Shown here piece after piece: positions 19,094 to 26,887 of a DNA stretch of 64,000 bases; the stretch's first letter is position 1; every line of letters begins with the position of its first letter. The position numbers and the translations under genes were made by a program. Where the stretch lies: contig CAUJHF010000052.1 of NCBI GenBank assembly GCA_963204745.1, forward strand, positions 1,679 to 65,678, in the 5' to 3' direction. This DNA comes from Pseudomonadota bacterium (GTDB taxonomy: Bacteria > Pseudomonadota > Gammaproteobacteria > Steroidobacterales > GCA-2729495). The notes under the pieces were generated by a model. It did no database searches. It saw only the letters and a program-made list of their open reading frames with translations, and was not told the DNA's origin.

Positions 19094-19621
19094 ATGCAAA
19101 ACCAGGCCGGATTCAGCTTGCTCGAACTTCTGCTCGTCAGTCTGCTGGCCGGCGTACTCGCAACGCTGGCCGTACCGACTTTCAGCAAGCTGCTGCTCGA
19201 TGCGGACATGGTCGCGCAGGTCAACCGCTATGTGCACGGCATTCACCTCGCGCGACAGGAAGCAGAAAAGTACGGCACCGACGTGGTGCTCTGCCGGAGC
19301 ACCGACGGCCGGACCTGCCGCCATGCGCAACCCTGGCAGTCGGGCTTCATCGTTTTCGTCAACCGGGATCGCGACGATCCACCGCAGGTCGATGCCGGCG
19401 AGACGCTGTTGCAGGCAGGGCCCGGCTATCCGGGCGGCGTGATCACAGCCAACCGCAACGCCTTCGTGTTCCGGCCCTTTGGCAAACGCTCGGTGAACGG
19501 CACCCTGAGTTTTTGCGACCGGCGTGGCCCCGACGCCGCAAGAAGCGTAATCGTGAGCTATACCGGCCGACCTCGTGCGGCAGCAGCTGCTGCGAGCAAT
19601 CAGTTTAAATGTCCGTCATAA
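19094..19621 (+). CDS. fimT: Type IV pilus minor pilin FimT (GspH domain), with C-terminal GRxR motif
   Basis: Class III signal MQNQAGFSLLELL (G/F cleavage, Glu5). GspH-type core ...WQSGFIVFVNRD.... C-terminus ...SYTGRPRAAAAAASNQFKCPS. First gene of the fimT-fimU-pilVWXY1E order. Confidence 0.8.
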   Translation: MQNQAGFSLLELLLVSLLAGVLATLAVPTFSKLLLDADMVAQVNRYVHGIHLARQEAEKYGTDVVLCRSTDGRTCRHAQPWQSGFIVFVNRDRDDPPQVDAGETLLQAGPGYPGGVITANRNAFVFRPFGKRSVNGTLSFCDRRGPDAARSVIVSYTGRPRAAAAAASNQFKCPS

Positions 19622-19748
19622 CAACCTGAATGAAATTCAGTTTCACCGGTCATCCCGAATGCGTTGCCAGTTATCGGCAGCGTTTCCCCTGTGCCGCCGA
19701 TGCGGGCACGATACGCGCTGACGACAAAGTCTCCTGTCGGGCGTTGCG

Positions 19749-20339
19749 GTGTACAAAAAAGAAGGCTTCAGCCTCATCGAACTCATGGTCATCATCTCGG
19801 TTCTGGCGCTCGCGCTGGGGCTGGGCATCCCTGCGTTCAACGATATGTTGAGCAACAGCCGCATGAGCACTGCTGTCAACGACCTCGTAACCAGCCTGCA
19901 TGCTGCACGCGGCGAGGCGATCAGCCGGCAGGCCAGCGTCGTCCTTTGCCCGGCAAATGCAGCGGCTACGAGCTGTCAGGCAGACGGCGACCTGAAAGCC
20001 GGCTGGCTGGTTTTCGTCGACAGCGATGGCAACGCGGCAGCTGACGCCGGAGAGCCCGTCTTGCAACGACACGGCCCCATCGGCTCCGGCCCGGTTCTGG
20101 AGCTGAGTATTTTTCCGGCCGACAGCGGCGGCCGGATCACCTTTTCCGCTGCCGGCACCCTGCGCGTCGCGGAATCAACAACCGACATCCAGATCTGCGA
20201 TACACGCGGCGATCGTGATACCGGTGGCGGCGTGGCTGCCGGACGCTGGATCCGCGTGCAGCCGACCGGACAACCGGAGATCCGGCGCATGCGCACTGAC
20301 CTGCAGGATTCCGACATCAACCCGCTGGGTGGCTGCTGA
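19749..20339 (+). CDS. fimU: Type IV pilus minor pilin FimU (GspH domain)
   Basis: GTG start. MYKKEGFSLIELMVIISVLAL prepilin N-terminus. ...KAGWLVFVDSDGN... Its stop overlaps the pilV ATG (TGATG). Confidence 0.8.
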   Translation: MYKKEGFSLIELMVIISVLALALGLGIPAFNDMLSNSRMSTAVNDLVTSLHAARGEAISRQASVVLCPANAAATSCQADGDLKAGWLVFVDSDGNAAADAGEPVLQRHGPIGSGPVLELSIFPADSGGRITFSAAGTLRVAESTTDIQICDTRGDRDTGGGVAAGRWIRVQPTGQPEIRRMRTDLQDSDINPLGGC

Positions 20340-20812
20340 TGACCATACGCGCTGTCCGCACAAGAACATCCTCTGCGGCGCATGGCTTCACGCTCGTCGA
20401 AGTGCTCGTCGCACTGGTCGTGATGTCCGTTGGCATGCTTGGTATCGCGGCACTCTATCTTGAAGGCCTGCGGGCCGGACGCACCGCAGTTTACCGGACC
20501 ACTGCCGTCAATCTTGCCGCCGACATGGCCGACCGTATCCGCGCGAATCTGCCCGCCGGCAACGCCTATGCCGGCACCGGTCCCGGCACTGACGAGTCCT
20601 GCGTGAACGGCGGCGCAGACTGCACGCCGGTTCAACTCGCCGATGACGACTGGTTCAGCTGGAGCAGCCAGATCGAAGCGCAGCTGCCTCAGGGGGCGAA
20701 CGCCGAGATACTGGTAAATGCGGCGCCTGCACCGGTCTACACCATTACCCTGCAGTGGCCGGAAATCGGTCAAACCGAAGCGGCCAGTTACAGCCTGAGA
20801 CTGCAGCCATGA
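20339..20812 (+). CDS. pilV: Type IV pilus minor pilin PilV
   Basis: ...HGFTLVEVLVALVVMSVGMLGIAALYLEGLRAGRTAVYRTTAVNLAADMADRIRAN matches the PilV N-terminal signature. Confidence 0.85.
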   Translation: MTIRAVRTRTSSAAHGFTLVEVLVALVVMSVGMLGIAALYLEGLRAGRTAVYRTTAVNLAADMADRIRANLPAGNAYAGTGPGTDESCVNGGADCTPVQLADDDWFSWSSQIEAQLPQGANAEILVNAAPAPVYTITLQWPEIGQTEAASYSLRLQP

Positions 20813-21771
20813 GCGCCGCAGCACTCACGGCGCGGCAACAAGGCGGCATGACCCTGATCGAACTGATGGTCGCGATGTCTATCGGCCTGTTCCTGATCGG
20901 CGGCGCGCTCTATATGTACAGCCAGAGCAAGAATACCTATCGGGCCAGCGACAGCCTCTCGCGCCTGCAGGAAAGCGCCCGCTTTGCACTCGACACGATC
21001 GAGCCGGATATCCGTCTGGCGCGCTACTGGGGGCGGAATGCCGAACCCGCCATGATCGAAGTCCCGACCGGCGTCACCATGCCCTGCAGCGGCAGCGCAG
21101 ATGTCGCGGCGTGGGCGCTCAGGGTCGGCGTACCGGTGGAAGTCAGCGATGACAGCTACGACCTCCCCTGCAACGCCTTCGCCAACAGTCCGCGCGCTGG
21201 CAGCGACGTGCTGACGCTGCGTCATGCAGAGCCCTGGTCAGGCGGCATACAGCCGGCGCTTGAGGGCGGACGGCTGCAGGTACAAACCAGTCTTGCACAG
21301 GGCCGGATATTTGCGGACGGCATATCACCGGATTTCGGCGCGAATTCCACGCGGCACAATGTGGTGGTCAGCGCCTACTACGTGAACGAGCGCTCCAGCT
21401 TTGACACCAGTCAGTCTTCGCTGCGCCGACTGACGCTCCGCGCCGATGGCAGCCTTGGCGAGGACGAGGTCATTCCCGGCGTGGAAAACCTGCAGGTCCA
21501 GCTGGGCATCGACACCAACGGCGATGGCGGCGTTGACCGTTATGTCGACGGGGACAATTCGCTGGTCACGGACGATGCAGCGGTTGTTGCGGTACGCCTC
21601 TGGATGCTGGTCGGCACACCGGCCGACGACCAGGGCTGGAGCGATACGCAGCACTACCCGACCCCTGACGCCGACCTCGGTGATCTCATTGCGGGCACGG
21701 ACGATTACCCGGCCAGTGCCAGACGCGTGCAGATCAGCAAAACGATTTACCTGAATAACCAGGGGTCCTGA
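20809..21771 (+). CDS. pilW: Type IV pilus minor pilin PilW
   Basis: The ATG at 20809 overlaps the pilV stop (ATGA). ...GGMTLIELMVAMSIGLFLIGGALYMYSQSKNTYR...LQESARFALDTIEPDIRLA.YWG is the PilW signature. Confidence 0.85.
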   Translation: MSAAALTARQQGGMTLIELMVAMSIGLFLIGGALYMYSQSKNTYRASDSLSRLQESARFALDTIEPDIRLARYWGRNAEPAMIEVPTGVTMPCSGSADVAAWALRVGVPVEVSDDSYDLPCNAFANSPRAGSDVLTLRHAEPWSGGIQPALEGGRLQVQTSLAQGRIFADGISPDFGANSTRHNVVVSAYYVNERSSFDTSQSSLRRLTLRADGSLGEDEVIPGVENLQVQLGIDTNGDGGVDRYVDGDNSLVTDDAAVVAVRLWMLVGTPADDQGWSDTQHYPTPDADLGDLIAGTDDYPASARRVQISKTIYLNNQGS

Positions 21772-21772
21772 C

Positions 21773-22219
21773 ATGGCCATGCACGGACGGAAAATGTACA
21801 GACAGCGCGGCGCGGTACTGATCATCAGTCTGGTGCTGCTGATGGTGCTTACCATTCTTGCGATATCAACAATGCGTACCGCCAGTCTTGGCTTGCTGAT
21901 GGCTGGCAACACCCAGTATCGCCAAAACGCCTGGCAGCTCGCGCAGACTGGCATCGACACCGTCCTGCGCGCTGGTGATCCGGCTACCGGCATCAGTTGC
22001 GACACAGCTGCCGCTGATGCACCAGTGGCAATCGACGCGCTCGGCGGCAGCTACACCACGATGGTGTGCTATCGCGGTGAATCGATGACGCCGGGCAACT
22101 CGATCACCCGCGTGCCAACCTTCAACTATGAAGTACATGCCGACGGCACCACCGGGCAGCGCGGGGCACGGGCGCGTCTGGTACAGGGTTTCGCAGTCAC
22201 GGGTGCCTCAGGCCGATGA
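21773..22219 (+). CDS. pilX: Type IV pilus minor pilin PilX
   Basis: ...QRGAVLIISLVLLMVLTILAISTMRTASLGLLMAGNTQYRQNAWQLAQTG is a PilX N-terminal domain. The position after pilW agrees. Confidence 0.8.
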   Translation: MAMHGRKMYRQRGAVLIISLVLLMVLTILAISTMRTASLGLLMAGNTQYRQNAWQLAQTGIDTVLRAGDPATGISCDTAAADAPVAIDALGGSYTTMVCYRGESMTPGNSITRVPTFNYEVHADGTTGQRGARARLVQGFAVTGASGR

Positions 22220-22590
22220 ACATCAGGCTACAGAGTGCGGCCCTTCTGTTACTGACTGCCTGGCTGTCCGCCGGACATGCGGCGATCCGGCAGATCGAAC
22301 AGGCTTTTGAACTGGGCCCCGCGCAGATTGAGTTGCCCGCCCGGGCGGATGCACAACTGACGGTACGTCCCTGCATCGGATGCCCGATCGTGGCCCTGCG
22401 CGTCACTGCGGCAACCCGGTGGTTTTCCAGCTTCAGCGAACGGCAGCCGGTCGGCCAGGCAGCGGTACTGGAGATTTACCGAGCGGCCAGCAGCAATCCA
22501 CAGGCGCTCGTCCACGTGTTCTATGAACCGCAGACGCTGCGGGTCAGACGCGTGGTCCTCGACCTGCCTCGGGGGACCCAAACCCGATGA
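22216..22590 (+). CDS. Hypothetical secreted protein embedded in the minor-pilin operon (not a pilin)
   Basis: 124 aa with signal peptide MNIRLQSAALLLLTAWLSAGHA. No G-F-T-L-x-E prepilin motif. CIGC (CxxC) motif present. ATGA overlaps with the pilX stop (22216-22219) and the pilY1 start (22587-22590). Confidence 0.6.
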   Translation: MNIRLQSAALLLLTAWLSAGHAAIRQIEQAFELGPAQIELPARADAQLTVRPCIGCPIVALRVTAATRWFSSFSERQPVGQAAVLEIYRAASSNPQALVHVFYEPQTLRVRRVVLDLPRGTQTR

Positions 22591-25500
22591 ACAGGCATAC
22601 CTCGCGCCGGTACGGACGCCTGCCGCAACAGTTGTGCGGATTTCTCTGCACAATGGTGTTCCTCGGTACCGCACTCCCCTTGCACGCCGATGATGCGGAG
22701 CTTTTTCTCAGCGACCGGAGTGTGACCGCGACTGAAGCCAACGTGCTGTTCATCATCGACACCTCTGGCAGCATGAATACGCTGGCCGAAACCCAGGTGC
22801 CCTTCGATCCGGATACGTCTTTCGATGGCTGCTACCGAAGCGACGCCCTGTACTTCACGACAACCGCCACCACACCACCCTGCGACAGCCCTGATCTGGT
22901 GCCGAAGTCTGCCAATTACTGTGCGACCAGCGCGCAACCGCTGGCAGCGGTCGGCTACTACGCCGATTTCCTGCTCAGCTGGGACGAGAGTCGCGAACGC
23001 TGGGACAGGCTGAGCGGCGAACGACCCGAGGACCCGATCGAATGCGTGAGCGATCGCGGCGTAAATGGCCAGGGGTCAGGCAGCGAACATTTTGCCGCCA
23101 ATGGCCCGGAGGGCCCGTGGGCGGCCACTGAAGCGCAGGAACCGGCCTGGAACAACCGTTACACCATCTATGACGGAAACTGGCTCAACTGGAATACCAA
23201 TCCGCCAACCATGCAGAGAAGTCGCCTCGATATCGTCAAACAAGCCGTCAACAACCTCACCACCAGCCTGAGAAACGTCAAGGTGGGCGTGATGCGCTTC
23301 AATCGCGATGAGGGTGGTCGCGTGGTTGCCGCGCTTGAAGACATCGAGACCTCGCGGGACAACGTACAGAGCATCGTCAATGACCTGTCACCGAGCGGCC
23401 AGACGCCACTGTCTGAAACCCTCTACGAAGCAACCCAGTATTTCATGGGTCGCGCGGTAGATTACGGCAACACTGTCGATGGCCGCAGCGTTGCTGCATC
23501 ACGTATCGGCAACGATCCGAACGGTGCGCTGTACAAATCACCGCTCGACGAAGCCTGCAGCAAAAACTTCATCATTCTGCTCACCGATGGCGAACCCTCC
23601 GGCGATGCCGGTGCGGTCAGCAAGATCCTTGCTCTCCCCGGCTTCGCTGCAACCGTGGCACCGAACTGCGATGGCGGTGGCGAGGGCCGCTGCCTGGACG
23701 ATCTGGCAGCCTATCTGGCCAGCTACGACCTGAGTCCGGCTCTCCCCGGCATACAGAATGTCATCACCCATACCATCGGCTTCGCGGCTGACTTCCCGCT
23801 GCTCGAAAGCACCGCAGTGCGCGGTGGCGGCGAGTATCACATGGTCGACGATACCGCCAGCCTCACCACAGCCCTGAGCGGCATCGTGCTGTCCATCTTC
23901 GACAACGTTGGCAGCTTTGCTGCGCCGACCGTGCCCGTGAATTCCTTCAACAGGACGGAAAACCTCAACGAGGTTTTCCTCTCGGTCTTCAAGCCATCGG
24001 AGCGCACGCGCTGGACCGGAAACCTGAAAAAGTACCGGGTCACTGATGGCGAACTGGTCGGTCAGAATGGCGCGGCCGTCATCGATCCGGTCACCGGGCT
24101 CTTCAAGCGCGATGCCTTCAGCTTCTGGTCCGATCAACCCGACGGCGACCGGGTGAACGAAGGCGGAGCAGCAGGCCAGCTGCCTGACAGCAGTCAGCGT
24201 CGGCTGTTCAGCAACCTCACTGGCAACAATCTCAGCGCTGCCAGCAACCGGATCAGCGTGGACAACACCAGTCTCATCGACGCACTGGCCAGCGTACCGC
24301 CTGACGAGCAGCGCAACCTGATTGAATGGACGCTCGGCCGCGATGTCCGCGACCAGGATCAGGACGGCAATCTGGCTGAAACGCGCCGCGACATGGGCGA
24401 TGCGCTGCATGTACAGCCGGTTACCCTGCTCTATAGCGGTACGGTGGAGGATCCGGTCGGCAGCGTCTTTTTGTCCACCAACGACGGTTTCCTGCATGCC
24501 TTCGACGGGCAGACGGGCGAGGAACTGTGGGCCTTCGTGCCTGCCGGACTGCTCACCGGGCTTTATCCGCTGTATCTCAACGAAGAGAGCGCGACCAAGC
24601 ACTATGGTCTGGATGGCGAGATCAGCCTGGTCATACTCAATGACGATGGTCAGCCGGGCCTGAACGGCGAAGAGCGCGCCATCCTGCTGTTCGGCATGGG
24701 GCGCGGCGGTGATGGCGTTTTCGCTGTCGACGTCACGGCGAGGGATGCACCCCGCCTGCTGTGGGAGATCAGCAGCAGCACTTCCGGCTTCGCCGATCTC
24801 GGCCAGGCGTGGTCGACGCCCGGCGCCGCCAGGGTGCGCATCGGCAACGCAATCACCGACGTCGCGATATTTGGCGGCGGCTACGACCCCGGCCAGGACA
24901 ATCGCAGCTACCGGACCGATACGGTGGGCAATGCGATCTACATGGTGGATTTGCTGAGCGGAGAACACATCTGGAGCGCCGGCAACCCGAATGCCATCGG
25001 CGATCATCACCTGAACCTTGAATACATGCAGCACTCGATACCCGCGCCAGTGCGCCCGCTCGATCTCAATGGCGACGGCCTTGCCGACCGGATGTATGTC
25101 GGCGACATGGGCGGACGACTCTGGCGCTTTGACATCGTCAACGGTCAGCAACCGGCAAACCTGGTCGAAGGCGGCGTGCTCGCATCGCTCGGCGGAGCTG
25201 CCGCAGCTCCGGATGCAGCGCCGGCGGATCTGCGCCGCTTCTACGCGGCTCCGGATGTCGTGCCGACAGTCATCAACCGGAAACTGGTCATCCTGCTGAA
25301 TATCGGTTCAGGCTATCGTGGTCACCCGCTCGACACGACAGTCAGCGAGCAGTTTTTCTCGATACGCGACTTCAGTGCCTATGGCGTGATCGACAGTGCC
25401 GATTATCCGGACACTCCCGTTTCCATTGGTCAACTGGCCGACATAACCGACGACCCCTCACCCGCGCTGTCGTTCAGTACTGCCGGCTGGCGCCTGCGGC

Positions 25501-25880
25501 TCAACCAGGGTCCCGGGGAAAAAGTGCTCGGTGAATCGCTGACGCTCGGCAATACGGTGTTCTTCACGAGCTTCACGCCAGGCGAAACGGTCAGTGCATG
25601 TTCGGCCGGCACCGGCATCAACCGTCTGTATGCGATCAGCAGTTTTGATGGCAGCCCGCGTACCAATTTCGACGAGTCGATCGGCGACGGGCCACTCACG
25701 CTCAGCGACCGCTTCCGCGAACTGCGCTCGGGCATTCCCGTGATCACCATCAACCGTATTCGCAGCGATAGCGGCGAAACCAGCATCTGTGTCGGGCCGG
25801 AGTGCCTGTCAGGCGATGAGCTGGGCATCAGCCGGCGCGTCATCCGGCGAACCTACTGGTTCCAGGACGAGAGTCAGTAA
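22587..25880 (+). CDS. pilY1: Type IV pilus tip adhesin / biogenesis factor PilY1 (N-terminal vWA domain, C-terminal beta-propeller)
   Basis: 1097 aa with a signal peptide. vWA MIDAS motif VLFIIDTSGSMN (DTSGS at 22758-22772). Ca-binding loop DLNGDGLAD (25062-25088) followed by ...YVGDMGGRLWRFD, as in the PilY1 C-terminal domain. Confidence 0.9.
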   Translation: MNRHTSRRYGRLPQQLCGFLCTMVFLGTALPLHADDAELFLSDRSVTATEANVLFIIDTSGSMNTLAETQVPFDPDTSFDGCYRSDALYFTTTATTPPCDSPDLVPKSANYCATSAQPLAAVGYYADFLLSWDESRERWDRLSGERPEDPIECVSDRGVNGQGSGSEHFAANGPEGPWAATEAQEPAWNNRYTIYDGNWLNWNTNPPTMQRSRLDIVKQAVNNLTTSLRNVKVGVMRFNRDEGGRVVAALEDIETSRDNVQSIVNDLSPSGQTPLSETLYEATQYFMGRAVDYGNTVDGRSVAASRIGNDPNGALYKSPLDEACSKNFIILLTDGEPSGDAGAVSKILALPGFAATVAPNCDGGGEGRCLDDLAAYLASYDLSPALPGIQNVITHTIGFAADFPLLESTAVRGGGEYHMVDDTASLTTALSGIVLSIFDNVGSFAAPTVPVNSFNRTENLNEVFLSVFKPSERTRWTGNLKKYRVTDGELVGQNGAAVIDPVTGLFKRDAFSFWSDQPDGDRVNEGGAAGQLPDSSQRRLFSNLTGNNLSAASNRISVDNTSLIDALASVPPDEQRNLIEWTLGRDVRDQDQDGNLAETRRDMGDALHVQPVTLLYSGTVEDPVGSVFLSTNDGFLHAFDGQTGEELWAFVPAGLLTGLYPLYLNEESATKHYGLDGEISLVILNDDGQPGLNGEERAILLFGMGRGGDGVFAVDVTARDAPRLLWEISSSTSGFADLGQAWSTPGAARVRIGNAITDVAIFGGGYDPGQDNRSYRTDTVGNAIYMVDLLSGEHIWSAGNPNAIGDHHLNLEYMQHSIPAPVRPLDLNGDGLADRMYVGDMGGRLWRFDIVNGQQPANLVEGGVLASLGGAAAAPDAAPADLRRFYAAPDVVPTVINRKLVILLNIGSGYRGHPLDTTVSEQFFSIRDFSAYGVIDSADYPDTPVSIGQLADITDDPSPALSFSTAGWRLRLNQGPGEKVLGESLTLGNTVFFTSFTPGETVSACSAGTGINRLYAISSFDGSPRTNFDESIGDGPLTLSDRFRELRSGIPVITINRIRSDSGETSICVGPECLSGDELGISRRVIRRTYWFQDESQ

Positions 25881-25883
25881 GCG

Positions 25884-26351
25884 GTGCGCCGTGCGCCAGC
25901 ATGCGGCACGGGCTTTACGCTCATCGAACTGATGATCGTCATGGTGATCATGGCGATCCTGACCAGCGCGAGTGTTGCCGGGTACCGGCAATACGTCCGT
26001 CGTGCCAACCGCACCGATGCCACCGCCGCCCTGCTGCGGCTGTCGGCCGCTGAAGAGCGTTTCTACCTGCAGAACAACCGCTATGCGACGACCGCCGATG
26101 AGCTGGGCGATCCACCGCCGGCCGGTCTCGGACTCGGCGGCACGGAACACGGACTCTACGATCTCAGCGTGGAGCCGGCGGCAGACGGTGCTGTCGTCGG
26201 CTACGTCGCAACCGCAACTGCCCGGCCCGATCGGTCGCAGCGCGACGACGCCAACTGCGCATCCTTCAGCATCGATCAAAGCGGCCAGCGTACCGCGAGC
26301 AACTCAGACGGCGTCAGCGATGGGGAGATCAGCGGCACTTGCTGGCGCTGA
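25884..26351 (+). CDS. pilE: Type IV pilus minor pilin PilE
   Basis: GTG start. ...GFTLIELMIVMVIMAILTSASVAGYRQYVRRANRTDATAALLRLSAAEERFYLQNNRY is a typical PilE/type IVa pilin N-terminus. Last gene of the operon. Confidence 0.8.
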   Translation: MRRAPACGTGFTLIELMIVMVIMAILTSASVAGYRQYVRRANRTDATAALLRLSAAEERFYLQNNRYATTADELGDPPPAGLGLGGTEHGLYDLSVEPAADGAVVGYVATATARPDRSQRDDANCASFSIDQSGQRTASNSDGVSDGEISGTCWR

Positions 26352-26357
26352 CCCGGC

Positions 26358-26876
26358 TCAGGGTGACCGGCGCCGCTCCAGAAAAAAACCGTCGAACAGC
26401 AGCAAGATCACGCCAACGGTAATTCCTGCATCAGCGACGTTAAATGCCGGGAACGACCAGCGGTCGTAATACAGCAGCACGAAATCGACGACATAGCCCT
26501 GCGCCACCCGGTCGACGAGATTGCCGATCGCGCCACCCAGCACCAGCACGAGACCCAGCGGCACCACCACCCTGCCGGCTGGCTGCTGAAAAAACCACCA
26601 CAACAGAATTGCACTTACGACCAGCGCAGTCAGCCCGAAGAACCAGTTCTGCCAGCCAGAGGCGTTGGCCAGGAAGCTGAACGCCGCGCCGGTGTTGTGC
26701 AATCGCACCAGATCAAAAAACGGCATCACCGGCAGCCGTTCGAACAATTCGAAATGTCCGACGACCAGTTTCTTGGTCCACTGATCAAACAGAATCACGA
26801 CGACGGCAAGCAGCAGCCATCGCCAGGTGACGCGCCCGGGCGCTGGCTTGTGGTCAGATTCTGCGGCAGCTTCCAT
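26358..26876 (-). CDS. lspA: Lipoprotein signal peptidase (signal peptidase II)
   Basis: ...DQWTKKLV...LHNTGAAFSFL...GGAIGNLVDR...VDF...FPAFNVADAGITVG are LspA motifs. I prefer the ATG at 26876 (MEAAAES...), which avoids overlapping the ileS 3' end. Confidence 0.9.
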   Translation of the reverse strand: MEAAAESDHKPAPGRVTWRWLLLAVVVILFDQWTKKLVVGHFELFERLPVMPFFDLVRLHNTGAAFSFLANASGWQNWFFGLTALVVSAILLWWFFQQPAGRVVVPLGLVLVLGGAIGNLVDRVAQGYVVDFVLLYYDRWSFPAFNVADAGITVGVILLLFDGFFLERRRSP

Positions 26877-26887
26877 CTCGTACTCGC

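Noticed and set aside
23538-25151. 537-aa minus-strand ORF inside pilY1
   Set aside because: It lies antisense to the well-supported pilY1 frame (vWA and Ca-loop motifs). It has low-complexity Ala/Gly/Arg composition and no start context.
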